Virus record (IMG/VR): IMGVR_UViG_3300042554_001750 | Strand: one strand, 5' to 3' | DNA length: 64,000 nucleotides | Origin: a virus | Taxonomy: Duplodnaviria; Caudoviricetes | Shown: positions 28,556 to 36,847 of the stretch, piece by piece | How the letters are laid out: every line of letters starts with the position of its first letter | How positions within the stretch are numbered: position 1 is the first letter of the stretch | The notes under the pieces: generated by a model | Databases searched by the model: none | The model's input: the letters and a program-made list of their open reading frames with translations, nothing else | Told to the model about the DNA's origin: nothing | Translations under genes and position numbers: made by a program

Positions 28556-30343
28556 ATGACCTATAAAAAGAAATTCCTTAACCGAAGTGGCGTGTCTAGC
28601 CCAATTTCAGGCGCTAACAGTAATAGTGGAGCTTGGAACGGTAGTCCTGGGCAAAATGGTAGTTCTACTGGTGGTTGGAATAACTTAGATTGGGGTTATA
28701 GAAATTATATGAGTAGACTTCCCGAAGTCTATACAGGTCATCCAAATAGAATTGAACGGTACAATCAGTATGAAATGATGGATGTGGATGCTGAAATTAA
28801 TGCATGTTTGGACATCATTTCAGAATTCAGTACTATGAAAAATGAACATAATAAGACACCGTTTATGTTTGATTTTTCAGAAGATCCTACCCCGCACGAA
28901 GTTGAAATTCTAAAAACTCAGTTACAACAATGGTGCAAACTAAACGAATTTGATAGCAGAGTTTTTAAGATTTTTAGAAATGTTATAAAATATGGCGACC
29001 AAGTTTTTGTTCGTGATCCTGAAAACTTTAAATTATATTGGGTAGATATGGTTAAGGTTATTAAAGTCATTGTAAACGAAAGCGAAGGTAAAAAGCCTGA
29101 ACAGTATGTCCTTAAAGACCTAAATATTAATTTACAAAATCTATCAGTTGCACAAAAAACCAATACTGACTTTGCTGCTAACCCAGCAACAGGTCTTGGT
29201 GGCACTGGTGGCGGAACCAATACACCTTATACTGTTCCTGCAATGCCATATAATACAACAGGATCAAGATTTACGCTTGGCCAAAGCGAGTCTGCTATAG
29301 ATGCTAAACACATCGTTCATCTAAGCCTCACTGAGGGATTGGACCGCTTTTGGCCTTTTGGCCAGTCAATACTGGAAAACATATTTAAAGTTTACAAACA
29401 AAAAGAATTATTAGAAGATGCTGTTCTAATCTACCGTGTACAACGCGCTCCTGAGCGTAGAATGTTCAAGATTGACGTTGGTAACATGCCAAGTCATATG
29501 GCTATGGCATTCGTAGAGCGCATTAAAAACGAAATTCACCAGCGTAGAATCCCATCTGTATACGGTGGGCAGTCAATAGTAGACGCCACATACAATCCAC
29601 TTTCAATGAATGAAGATTACTTCTTCCCAGTTACTGCGGATGGGCGAGGATCTTCTGTAGAGGTTCTACCTGGTGGACAGAATCTTGGTGAAATTGACGA
29701 CTTGCGTTATTTTAACAATAGATTAGCGCGAGGATTGCGTGTTCCAAGTTCATATTTACCAACAGGTCCGGATGACAATACAACACCATTGAGTGATGGC
29801 CGTGTTGGTACTGCAATGATTCAAGAATTTAGATTTAACCAATATTGCGAAAGATTACAAAGTTATCTTGCAATGAAGTTAGATGAAGAATTTAAGTTAT
29901 TCTTGCGTTGGAGAGGTTTCAATATTGATAGTGGATTATTCAGTTTAAGATTTAATCCGCCTCAGAACTTTGCTGCTTATCGTCAAAGTGAACTAGATAA
30001 TGCACGGGTTGGCACATTTACTAGCATGGAAGCTTTCCCGTATATTAGTAAGCGTTTTGCATTAGAAAGATTCTTAGGTCTAACTGAAGAAGAAATTGCT
30101 AAAAATGAGCAACTTTGGAGAGAAGAAAACGATAAAGAACCTGACGGTGAACCTAAAGGTAGTGATTTACGAAATGTGGGCGTCAGTTCCGGTGACATAC
30201 AAGCAGATGAACAAACCACAGATGAGTTAGAACAAAGTGAACAAGGGCCCGGAACAGAAGAACCTGCACCCGAAGTAGCAGGTCCTGTAGGGGGAGGTGT
30301 CGCAGCCACTCCAACGGGAGCACCTGGCGCACCCGCAGCATAA
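28556..30343 (+). CDS. gp20: Portal protein (595 aa)
   Basis: MDVDAEINACLDII, RAPERRMFKIDVGNMP, EDYFFP..ADGRG..VEVLPGGQNLGEIDD, RGLRVP; late box ATAAATA at 28542-48. Confidence 0.93.
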   Translation: MTYKKKFLNRSGVSSPISGANSNSGAWNGSPGQNGSSTGGWNNLDWGYRNYMSRLPEVYTGHPNRIERYNQYEMMDVDAEINACLDIISEFSTMKNEHNKTPFMFDFSEDPTPHEVEILKTQLQQWCKLNEFDSRVFKIFRNVIKYGDQVFVRDPENFKLYWVDMVKVIKVIVNESEGKKPEQYVLKDLNINLQNLSVAQKTNTDFAANPATGLGGTGGGTNTPYTVPAMPYNTTGSRFTLGQSESAIDAKHIVHLSLTEGLDRFWPFGQSILENIFKVYKQKELLEDAVLIYRVQRAPERRMFKIDVGNMPSHMAMAFVERIKNEIHQRRIPSVYGGQSIVDATYNPLSMNEDYFFPVTADGRGSSVEVLPGGQNLGEIDDLRYFNNRLARGLRVPSSYLPTGPDDNTTPLSDGRVGTAMIQEFRFNQYCERLQSYLAMKLDEEFKLFLRWRGFNIDSGLFSLRFNPPQNFAAYRQSELDNARVGTFTSMEAFPYISKRFALERFLGLTEEEIAKNEQLWREENDKEPDGEPKGSDLRNVGVSSGDIQADEQTTDELEQSEQGPGTEEPAPEVAGPVGGGVAATPTGAPGAPAA

Positions 30344-30351
30344 ATACTATT

Positions 30352-30582
30352 ATGAAGTTATTAGAAATGTTTGATCCGCCAATTGAAGGTTATCAGAATG
30401 CTAATTCTGATAATAGTAAACCTGAATGGCGCCAGTCTAGAAAGACTAAGTTAACACTAAAACAAATAAGAAAATTAAGAAAAATGCTAGATGTACGCAA
30501 CTTTGAAAAGAAGCAACATCTTAAACAAGTGCGTGATCAATATGGTGCAAAGCCCGAATCTGAAGCGGCTCCAAGCATATAA
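30352..30582 (+). CDS. Small basic protein between portal and prohead core genes (76 aa)
   Basis: ATAAATA (30340-46) 5 nt before ATG; followed by a terminator; lies where T4 has gp67/gp68. Confidence 0.7.
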   Translation: MKLLEMFDPPIEGYQNANSDNSKPEWRQSRKTKLTLKQIRKLRKMLDVRNFEKKQHLKQVRDQYGAKPESEAAPSI

Positions 30583-30611
30583 ACTAATTTTTAAACAAAA
30601 ACGCAAAAAAT

Positions 30612-30634
30612 GAGCACTTATTGTGCTCTTTTTT
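30612..30634 (+). terminator. Rho-independent terminator
   Basis: GAGCAC-TTATT-GTGCTC followed by TTTTTT. Confidence 0.75.
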
Positions 30635-30687
30635 ATGATACCCGCTAAATAATTCTACAAAGCCATTTTTATCAGGAGAAATTCATA

Positions 30688-31515
30688 ATGGATAACAAAA
30701 AATTTGAACAACTCATTGACCTAATTATCAATGAGAATGAAGAACAAGCACGTGAACTATTTCACGAAATCGTTGTAGAAAAGAGCCGCGAAATCTACGA
30801 ATCTATCATGGAAGAAGAAATGATGGATGAGTCTATGTCTGACATGGACGAAGGTATGGTAGGTCAAGTTGGTGACTTAATGGACGAAATATCAGCAGAA
30901 GAATCTGGCGTTGTTGAAGGCGAAGATGATGACATGATGGCTGATTTAGACGACGAAGAAGTAGTTGACATTGACGCCGAAGAAATGGGTGACGATGAAG
31001 GTTCCGAAGAAGTTGAAGATGCCGTAGTTCGCATTGAAGATAAACTAGACCAGTTAATGGCTGAGTTTGAAGAACTAATGGGTCAAGAAGAAGGCGAAGA
31101 GGAAGATTTCGGTGACGAAGAAGAAGGCGAAGGCGAAGAGGAAGAAGTAGCCGAGAGTGACGAAGCTATGATGGAAGCAGTACAACTACAAAAAGTTTCT
31201 GTAACTCACGGTGATAATGGCGTTCAAACAAAGAGCCCCAGTCTTCAGAATAGCGGACAAGCAGGAATGGACAGTCATCCAGTAAAGTTCAGTGGACATG
31301 ACGAATCAGTTCCAACAAGTCCAAAGGGCCCAAGCAATGCATATGCAAAGGGTGAAACTCAAGTTAAGCATGCTGGTCAATTCAAGAATGCACCTGGACA
31401 CAAGGGTCAAGATTTAGACAAGGCTCCAGCTGCAACTAAGTCACAAGCAAGTGGTGTTAATGTAAAGAGCCCAGTTGCTGAGTCTAAAAAGACTGTAAAG
31501 AAGATTGTTAAGTAA
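30688..31515 (+). CDS. Acidic prohead core protein (gp67-like by position and composition, 275 aa)
   Basis: Very D/E-rich N-terminal part, Lys/Ser/Pro-rich C-terminal part; CTAAATA at 30645-51 and SD AGGAG; directly upstream of gp21. Confidence 0.6.
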   Translation: MDNKKFEQLIDLIINENEEQARELFHEIVVEKSREIYESIMEEEMMDESMSDMDEGMVGQVGDLMDEISAEESGVVEGEDDDMMADLDDEEVVDIDAEEMGDDEGSEEVEDAVVRIEDKLDQLMAEFEELMGQEEGEEEDFGDEEEGEGEEEEVAESDEAMMEAVQLQKVSVTHGDNGVQTKSPSLQNSGQAGMDSHPVKFSGHDESVPTSPKGPSNAYAKGETQVKHAGQFKNAPGHKGQDLDKAPAATKSQASGVNVKSPVAESKKTVKKIVK

Positions 31516-31530
31516 TAGGACCTGAGAGCA

Positions 31531-32166
31531 ATGGCTTTGTATCTCAAAGAACATCTAACTTTTGACAGAGCCGGAATGGTGGTTGAAAGTGAAGGTGATG
31601 GCGACAAGAAGAACCTTTACATGAAAGGTATCTTCATTCAGGGTGGGGTAAAGAACGCAAATGAGCGTGTTTACCCCGTTTCTGAAATTGAAAACGCTGT
31701 TAAAACTTTAAATGAGCAAATCACCACTGGTTACTCAGTGTTAGGGGAAGTAGATCACCCAGACGATCTAAAGATTAATTTGGATCGCGTGTCTCATATG
31801 ATAACAAGTATGTGGATGGACGGTCCTAACGGTTTCGGAAAATTAAAGATATTACCTACTCCAATGGGTCAGTTAGTAACTACCATGTTACAGAGTGGTG
31901 TAAAACTAGGTGTTTCAAGTCGTGGATCAGGTAATGTGAACGATTTGGACGGAAGAGTCAGTGACTTTGAAATAGTTACTGTAGATATTGTTGCTCAACC
32001 TAGCGCCCCAAACGCATATCCTAAAGCAATTTATGAAGGCATGATGAACATGCGTCATGGTCATAAGTTGATGGATATTGCTAAGGAAGCAGGCGGCAAT
32101 AAAAAAGTAGAGAAGTACTTGAGAGAGGAAGTAATGCGCCTCATCAAGGATCTCAAAATTAAATAA
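31531..32166 (+). CDS. gp21: Prohead protease (211 aa)
   Basis: GIFIQG.VKNANERVYP, GEVDHP (His), LGVSSRG (Ser), DIVAQPSAP.A.P. Confidence 0.93.
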   Translation: MALYLKEHLTFDRAGMVVESEGDGDKKNLYMKGIFIQGGVKNANERVYPVSEIENAVKTLNEQITTGYSVLGEVDHPDDLKINLDRVSHMITSMWMDGPNGFGKLKILPTPMGQLVTTMLQSGVKLGVSSRGSGNVNDLDGRVSDFEIVTVDIVAQPSAPNAYPKAIYEGMMNMRHGHKLMDIAKEAGGNKKVEKYLREEVMRLIKDLKIK

Positions 32167-32178
32167 AGGGGAATAGGC

Positions 32179-33288
32179 ATGTTTGATGCTATCAAACCAC
32201 TACTTGAGAGCGGCCTAATTAACGAGGATATCGGGCAACAATTAAATGAAGCCTGGGAAGCCAAGTTAAATGAAGCACGCGAACAAGTTCGTGCCGAATT
32301 GCGTGAGGAATTCGCACAAAAATACGAACATGATCGTAGTGTGATGGTTGAAGCCCTAGACAAAATGGTAACAGAAAGCCTTTCTGAAGAAATTGAAGAA
32401 TTTCACACAGAAAAGCAAGCAATGAATGAAGACCGTGTAAAAGCACAACAAAAGTTGCGTGAAAATGCTAGCAAGTTCAATGATTTTATGGTTACAAAGT
32501 TAGCCGAAGAAATCAAAGAATTACGCAGTGATCGCAAGGCAATGAAAGAAAGCCAAGGAAAATTGGAACAATTCGTTGTTCATGCACTTGCCCGTGAAAT
32601 CAAAGAGTTCTCACAGGACAAGCAAGCAGTTGTTGAAGCTAAGGTTAAGTTAGTTGCTGAAGGTCGTCAACAGCTAGAAGCATTGAAGCAAAAATTTGTT
32701 GCTGAAAGTGCAGCTAGAATGAACGCTGTAGTTACCAAACATCTAAAAGGTGAACTAACACAACTAAAAGAAGATATCAAATCGGCACGCGAAAACAATT
32801 TTGGTCGCCGTCTATTTGAAGCATTCGCTAGCGAGTTCTCTGTCACTCATTTAAATGAGAAAGCAGAAACACGCAAGCTAATGGCACAACTAGTTGAGAA
32901 AGATCAACAATTAGCGGAATCTGTCAAAAAGATGGAAGAAACTAAGCAATTAGTTGAAAGTAAGGAACGTGAGGTTCGCATTATTAAAGAGTCAAATCTT
33001 CGTGAAAAAACAATGGCAGAATTACTTGCTCCATTGAACGAAGAAAAAGCTCAAGTAATGAAGAATCTACTAGAAAGTGTGCAGACACCAAAATTGAAAG
33101 CCACTTTTGATAAGTATCTACCAGCAGTTCTTAACACTGGTTCTGAGAAAAAGGTTGTTGCAAAGCAAGCTTTGACAGAATCTGCAATGATTAGTGAAGT
33201 TACTGGTGATAAATCTGCCAAAAAAGAAGTTGAAGTCGAGGAAGGTTCTGATAACCTAATCGCTTTCAAGCGTCTGGCAGGGCTATAA
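32179..33288 (+). CDS. gp22: Prohead scaffolding protein (369 aa)
   Basis: Charged coiled coil between gp21 and gp23; many L/I-x-E sites. Confidence 0.85.
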   Translation: MFDAIKPLLESGLINEDIGQQLNEAWEAKLNEAREQVRAELREEFAQKYEHDRSVMVEALDKMVTESLSEEIEEFHTEKQAMNEDRVKAQQKLRENASKFNDFMVTKLAEEIKELRSDRKAMKESQGKLEQFVVHALAREIKEFSQDKQAVVEAKVKLVAEGRQQLEALKQKFVAESAARMNAVVTKHLKGELTQLKEDIKSARENNFGRRLFEAFASEFSVTHLNEKAETRKLMAQLVEKDQQLAESVKKMEETKQLVESKEREVRIIKESNLREKTMAELLAPLNEEKAQVMKNLLESVQTPKLKATFDKYLPAVLNTGSEKKVVAKQALTESAMISEVTGDKSAKKEVEVEEGSDNLIAFKRLAGL

Positions 33289-33317
33289 ACAAAGACATTA
33301 TTAGGAGAAATATTAAC

Positions 33318-34514
33318 ATGTCAAAAGTTCTATTAGAAAGCCGTTGGGACGAGACCAAGGAAGCCCTACTAGAAGGCTTAAAAGGCACTCGCCGTTCAAC
33401 AATGGGTGTTATCTTAGAAAACACTCGCAAGCAACTACTTGCTGAATCTACAGCAGGCACAACTACAGCTGGTAACATTGCTACACTTAACCGTGTAATT
33501 CTTCCAGTTATCCGTCGTGTAATGCCAACAGTTATCGCTAACGAGCTAGTTGGTGTTCAGCCAATGACTGGTCCAGTTGGTCAAATCCACACTCTACGTG
33601 TCCGTTATGCTAACAGCTTAACAGACAACAGTGCAGCACAGACAAGCGTAACAGCAGGCGAAGAAGCTCTAAGCCCATTCAAGATTGCTCAGGCTTATTC
33701 TCGCACACCAAGTGGTGATGGTTCAACAAACTTCTATACAGGTAACGACACAGCCGCCTTAGAAGGTAACGGTGGTAAGCAAATCAGCGTTCAGATTCTA
33801 CGTCAGGCCGTTGAAGCTAAGTCACGCAAGTTACAAGCACGTTGGACATTTGAAGCTGCTCAAGACGCACAAAGCCAGCATGGTATTGACGTTGAAGCAG
33901 AAATCATGGCAGCTCTAGCACAAGAAATTACTGCTGAAATTGACCAAGAAATTCTATTGTCCCTACGCACTCTAGCATCTACAGAGTTCACATACAACCA
34001 AGCTACCGTTTCTGGTACAGCTACATACGTTGGTGACGAGCACGCTGCTCTAGCAGTTCTAATCAACCGTGTTGCTAACTTGATCGCTCAACGTACCCGT
34101 CGTGGTGCTGGTAACTGGGCAGTTGTATCAAGTGCTGCATTGACTGTTCTACAGTCTGCAACAACTTCTGCATTTGCACGTACAACAGAAGGTACATTTG
34201 AAGCTCCAACAAACACCAAGTTCGTTGGTACACTAAACGGCGCAATGCGTGTATTCGTTGACTCTTATGCTCCTGACACAACTCCTGTGTTAGTTGGTTA
34301 TAAGGGTTCTAGCGAGACTGACGCAGCAGCATTCTACTGCCCATACATTCCATTGATGAGCAGTGGTGTTGTTCTAGATCCATCAACATTCGAACCAGTC
34401 GTATCATTCATGACACGTTATGGTTACATTGAATTAACAAACACAGCATCATCATTCGGTAATGCTGCTGACTATGTTGGAGAAATTGCCGTACAAAATT
34501 TAACTTTTCAGTGA
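33318..34514 (+). CDS. gp23: Major capsid protein (398 aa)
   Basis: LPVIRRVMPTVIANELVGVQPMTGP.GQI..LR, VEAKSRKLQARWTFEAAQD....HGIDVEAE, AEIDQEI, AFYCPYIPL, TRYG; SD AGGAG. Confidence 0.95.
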   Translation: MSKVLLESRWDETKEALLEGLKGTRRSTMGVILENTRKQLLAESTAGTTTAGNIATLNRVILPVIRRVMPTVIANELVGVQPMTGPVGQIHTLRVRYANSLTDNSAAQTSVTAGEEALSPFKIAQAYSRTPSGDGSTNFYTGNDTAALEGNGGKQISVQILRQAVEAKSRKLQARWTFEAAQDAQSQHGIDVEAEIMAALAQEITAEIDQEILLSLRTLASTEFTYNQATVSGTATYVGDEHAALAVLINRVANLIAQRTRRGAGNWAVVSSAALTVLQSATTSAFARTTEGTFEAPTNTKFVGTLNGAMRVFVDSYAPDTTPVLVGYKGSSETDAAAFYCPYIPLMSSGVVLDPSTFEPVVSFMTRYGYIELTNTASSFGNAADYVGEIAVQNLTFQ

Positions 34515-34528
34515 AATTGGGTACCACA

Positions 34529-34582
34529 GATTGTCTTTCGGGACAATCAACATCAAAAAGAGTGCTTCGGCACTCTTTTTTT
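34529..34582 (+). terminator. UUCG-capped hairpin followed by a UUCG-capped Rho-independent terminator after gp23
   Basis: GATTGTCT-TTCG-GGACAATC (34529-48); AAAAAGAGTGC-TTCG-GCACTCTTTTTTT (34555-82). Confidence 0.85.
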
Positions 34583-34625
34583 ATCCTAAAATAGTGGAAA
34601 GTCAAGTGTTGGACTAAATACTATT

Positions 34626-35363
34626 ATGCTCACTAATAAATATTCCAAAACATATTTCACTATAACTTCTAATGCGAAACAACGCATTACTGAGGGATAT
34701 ACAGAAACTCATCATATCATCCCACAATCACTTGGTGGTAGCAACGACAAAGATAATCTTGTAGAATTAACAGCAAGAGAACATTTTATCTGTCATTGGT
34801 TGCTTATTAAAATGACAGAAGGTGAAGATAGAGGAAAAATGCTATACGCACTTCAAGGTATGAAGGCTGAAAATAAATTTCAACAACGATATCATACAAA
34901 AATAACAGCAAGAGTGTATGAAAAATATAGGTTAGAACATGCTGAAAATCACAGCAAAAGAATGAAGGGTAGAAAAGCCTGGAATAAAGGTATTCCACAA
35001 ACAGAAGAACATAAAGAAAAAAATAGACAAGCGGCATTGAGTAGACCACCAAAAACTCAAGAAACAATTGAGAAATGGAGAAAAGCTAGAACTGGATATA
35101 AAGATTCAGAAGAAACTAAACTAAAAAAGAGTTTAGCACTTAAAGGAAAACCAAAAGGTCCTATGAGTGAAGAAGAAAAATTAAAACGTTCAGTAAAACA
35201 AAAAGGTGTACCTAAAGTTAAAACACACGGCGTAAATGTAGCAAATGCAGTAAAGGGCAATATATCCATAAACAAAGATGGGGTTGAAAAAAAAGTAAAA
35301 CGTGATATACTACAACAATACTTAGATCAAGGCTGGAGTCTAGGTGGAAGAAAGAGAAAATAA
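34626..35363 (+). CDS. Free-standing HNH homing endonuclease with NUMOD3-like repeats (245 aa)
   Basis: ETHHIIPQSLGGSNDKDNLVELTAREHFICHWLL (HNH); KGRKAWNKG, GYKDSEETKLKKS, KGPMSEEEKLKRS (NUMOD3-like); CTAAATA 34614-20. Confidence 0.85.
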   Translation: MLTNKYSKTYFTITSNAKQRITEGYTETHHIIPQSLGGSNDKDNLVELTAREHFICHWLLIKMTEGEDRGKMLYALQGMKAENKFQQRYHTKITARVYEKYRLEHAENHSKRMKGRKAWNKGIPQTEEHKEKNRQAALSRPPKTQETIEKWRKARTGYKDSEETKLKKSLALKGKPKGPMSEEEKLKRSVKQKGVPKVKTHGVNVANAVKGNISINKDGVEKKVKRDILQQYLDQGWSLGGRKRK

Positions 35364-35623
35364 TGGCTGATAGAATAACCGAAGTATTAGAAGATGGTAC
35401 AATATATTGCTTTGATATGGACAAATGCATACAGGAAGCAAATGACGCATTAGAAAAACTATATGAAAAAGAGGGAGTAGAACTAGATTTTGATTTTACA
35501 GCAACGGTGTTTAGTTTGTTTGTGAATTGCATCCATATTTTAACTGAAAGTGGCTGGACAACAAATGATTTAATAAGTGAAGTTATAGATCATTCAACCG
35601 AAGATATTGACGAAGAAGAATAA
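35363..35623 (+). CDS. Hypothetical acidic protein (86 aa)
   Basis: TAATG overlap with the HNH stop; protein-like composition; no recognised motif. Confidence 0.65.
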   Translation: MADRITEVLEDGTIYCFDMDKCIQEANDALEKLYEKEGVELDFDFTATVFSLFVNCIHILTESGWTTNDLISEVIDHSTEDIDEEE

Positions 35624-35660
35624 ATAATACTATCTACTCAATCGGGATGGGAAGGCAATT

Positions 35661-35685
35661 AAGCAGACTTTATGTCTGCTTTTTT
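35661..35685 (+). terminator. Rho-independent terminator
   Basis: AAGCAGAC-TTTAT-GTCTGCTT followed by TTTT. Confidence 0.75.
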
Positions 35686-35700
35686 GTGGCTAAATAACTT

Positions 35701-36423
35701 ATGATTGCAATATTATACACCCTCATCATGACACATATTACTATAATCTGTGTCACATTATTCTTACATCGTGGGCAAGCACATAGGGGAATTACTTTTC
35801 ATCCTATCGTAGGGCACTTTATGAGATTTTGGCTTTGGCTAACAACAGGTATGATCACAAAAGAATGGGTAGCTATACACCGTAAGCATCATAGATTTTG
35901 TGAACAGAAAGATGATCCTCATAGTCCACATGTATATGGTATATGGACGGTCTTGTTTAAAGGTGCTTTCTTATACAATAATGCAAGCAAAGATAAAACA
36001 ATGATTGAACAATATGGAGTGGGTACTCCTAATGACTGGGTAGAACAAAAAATATACACTTCACATCCATGGTTAGGTATCGTATTAATGTTAATTATTG
36101 ACTTGTTATTATTTGGTGTATGGGGACTATTAATATGGGGTATACAAATGATATGGATACCATTTTGGGCTGCGGGTGTGATTAATGGCATAGGACATTA
36201 TTGGGGATATAGAAATGGCGAAACAAAAGACAGAAGCAGAAATATTAGTCCGTGGGGTATTATTGTTGGCGGTGAGTGCCTTCATAATAACCATCATCTT
36301 GACCCTGCTAACCCCAGATTAAGTAGGCGTTGGTTTGAATTTGATATCGGTTGGATGTATTTTAAAATATTAGAAAAATTAAAATTAGCTACACTTAGAT
36401 ACGAACATCAGCATCTACAGTAA
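35701..36423 (+). CDS. Membrane fatty-acid desaturase, delta-9 (DesC/OLE1-like), auxiliary metabolic gene (240 aa)
   Basis: Three His boxes HRGQAH, HRKHH, HNNHH; DPHSP; INGIGHYWGYRN; WFEFDIGW; two hydrophobic segments; CTAAATA 35690-96. Confidence 0.9.
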   Translation: MIAILYTLIMTHITIICVTLFLHRGQAHRGITFHPIVGHFMRFWLWLTTGMITKEWVAIHRKHHRFCEQKDDPHSPHVYGIWTVLFKGAFLYNNASKDKTMIEQYGVGTPNDWVEQKIYTSHPWLGIVLMLIIDLLLFGVWGLLIWGIQMIWIPFWAAGVINGIGHYWGYRNGETKDRSRNISPWGIIVGGECLHNNHHLDPANPRLSRRWFEFDIGWMYFKILEKLKLATLRYEHQHLQ

Positions 36424-36760
36424 TATCAAGTATTGATCTTTTTATTTCTCTTAATTTCTTTTGATAAAGTCGGTTGCAATTAGCACATAAAGTTTTCATA
36501 TTTGATTTTTCTTTATTTTTCTTATTACCATCTTTATAAACAATGTCTAATTGACACCTATCTTCGGGTGCAAATCCACACTTTTCACACTTATTTTTTT
36601 TATTAAGTAAAAATCCAAACTTATTGTTGTATGCTGCTTTAGCACAGCTACCGCAATACTTGTGCCACTTTTGAAATCCATGTTTACTTGTGCCATTAGG
36701 CTTTGCTAATGATACTTTACAGTTCGTACATAATGGTCTTGGCACTTGTTGAGTTAACAT
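36395..36760 (-). CDS. Zinc-finger plus degenerate HNH-like protein (121 aa from ATG 36760)
   Basis: CTNC, CGSC, CEKC, CANC; QLDIVYKDGN..N....N..TLCANCN resembles an HNH with His residues replaced; TATAAATA at 36765-72, 4 nt before ATG 36760. Confidence 0.7.
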   Translation of the reverse strand: MLTQQVPRPLCTNCKVSLAKPNGTSKHGFQKWHKYCGSCAKAAYNNKFGFLLNKKNKCEKCGFAPEDRCQLDIVYKDGNKKNKEKSNMKTLCANCNRLYQKKLREIKRSILDITVDADVRI

Positions 36761-36847
36761 CAACTATTTATAAAGATGCCAATAGAACTTTTTTTGACGG
36801 ATTTATTATGGGAAAAATGATAAATATATAATCTAACAGGATTCTTT

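Noticed and set aside
18802-34514. Introns or inteins in gp55, gp47, gp46, gp20 or gp23
   Set aside because: Reading frames are continuous and no C...HN/S intein junctions were noticed.
35647-35697. 16-codon ORF (MGRQLSRLYVCFFVAK) as a leader peptide for the desaturase
   Set aside because: It runs through the terminator, lacks an SD, and the desaturase has its own late box.
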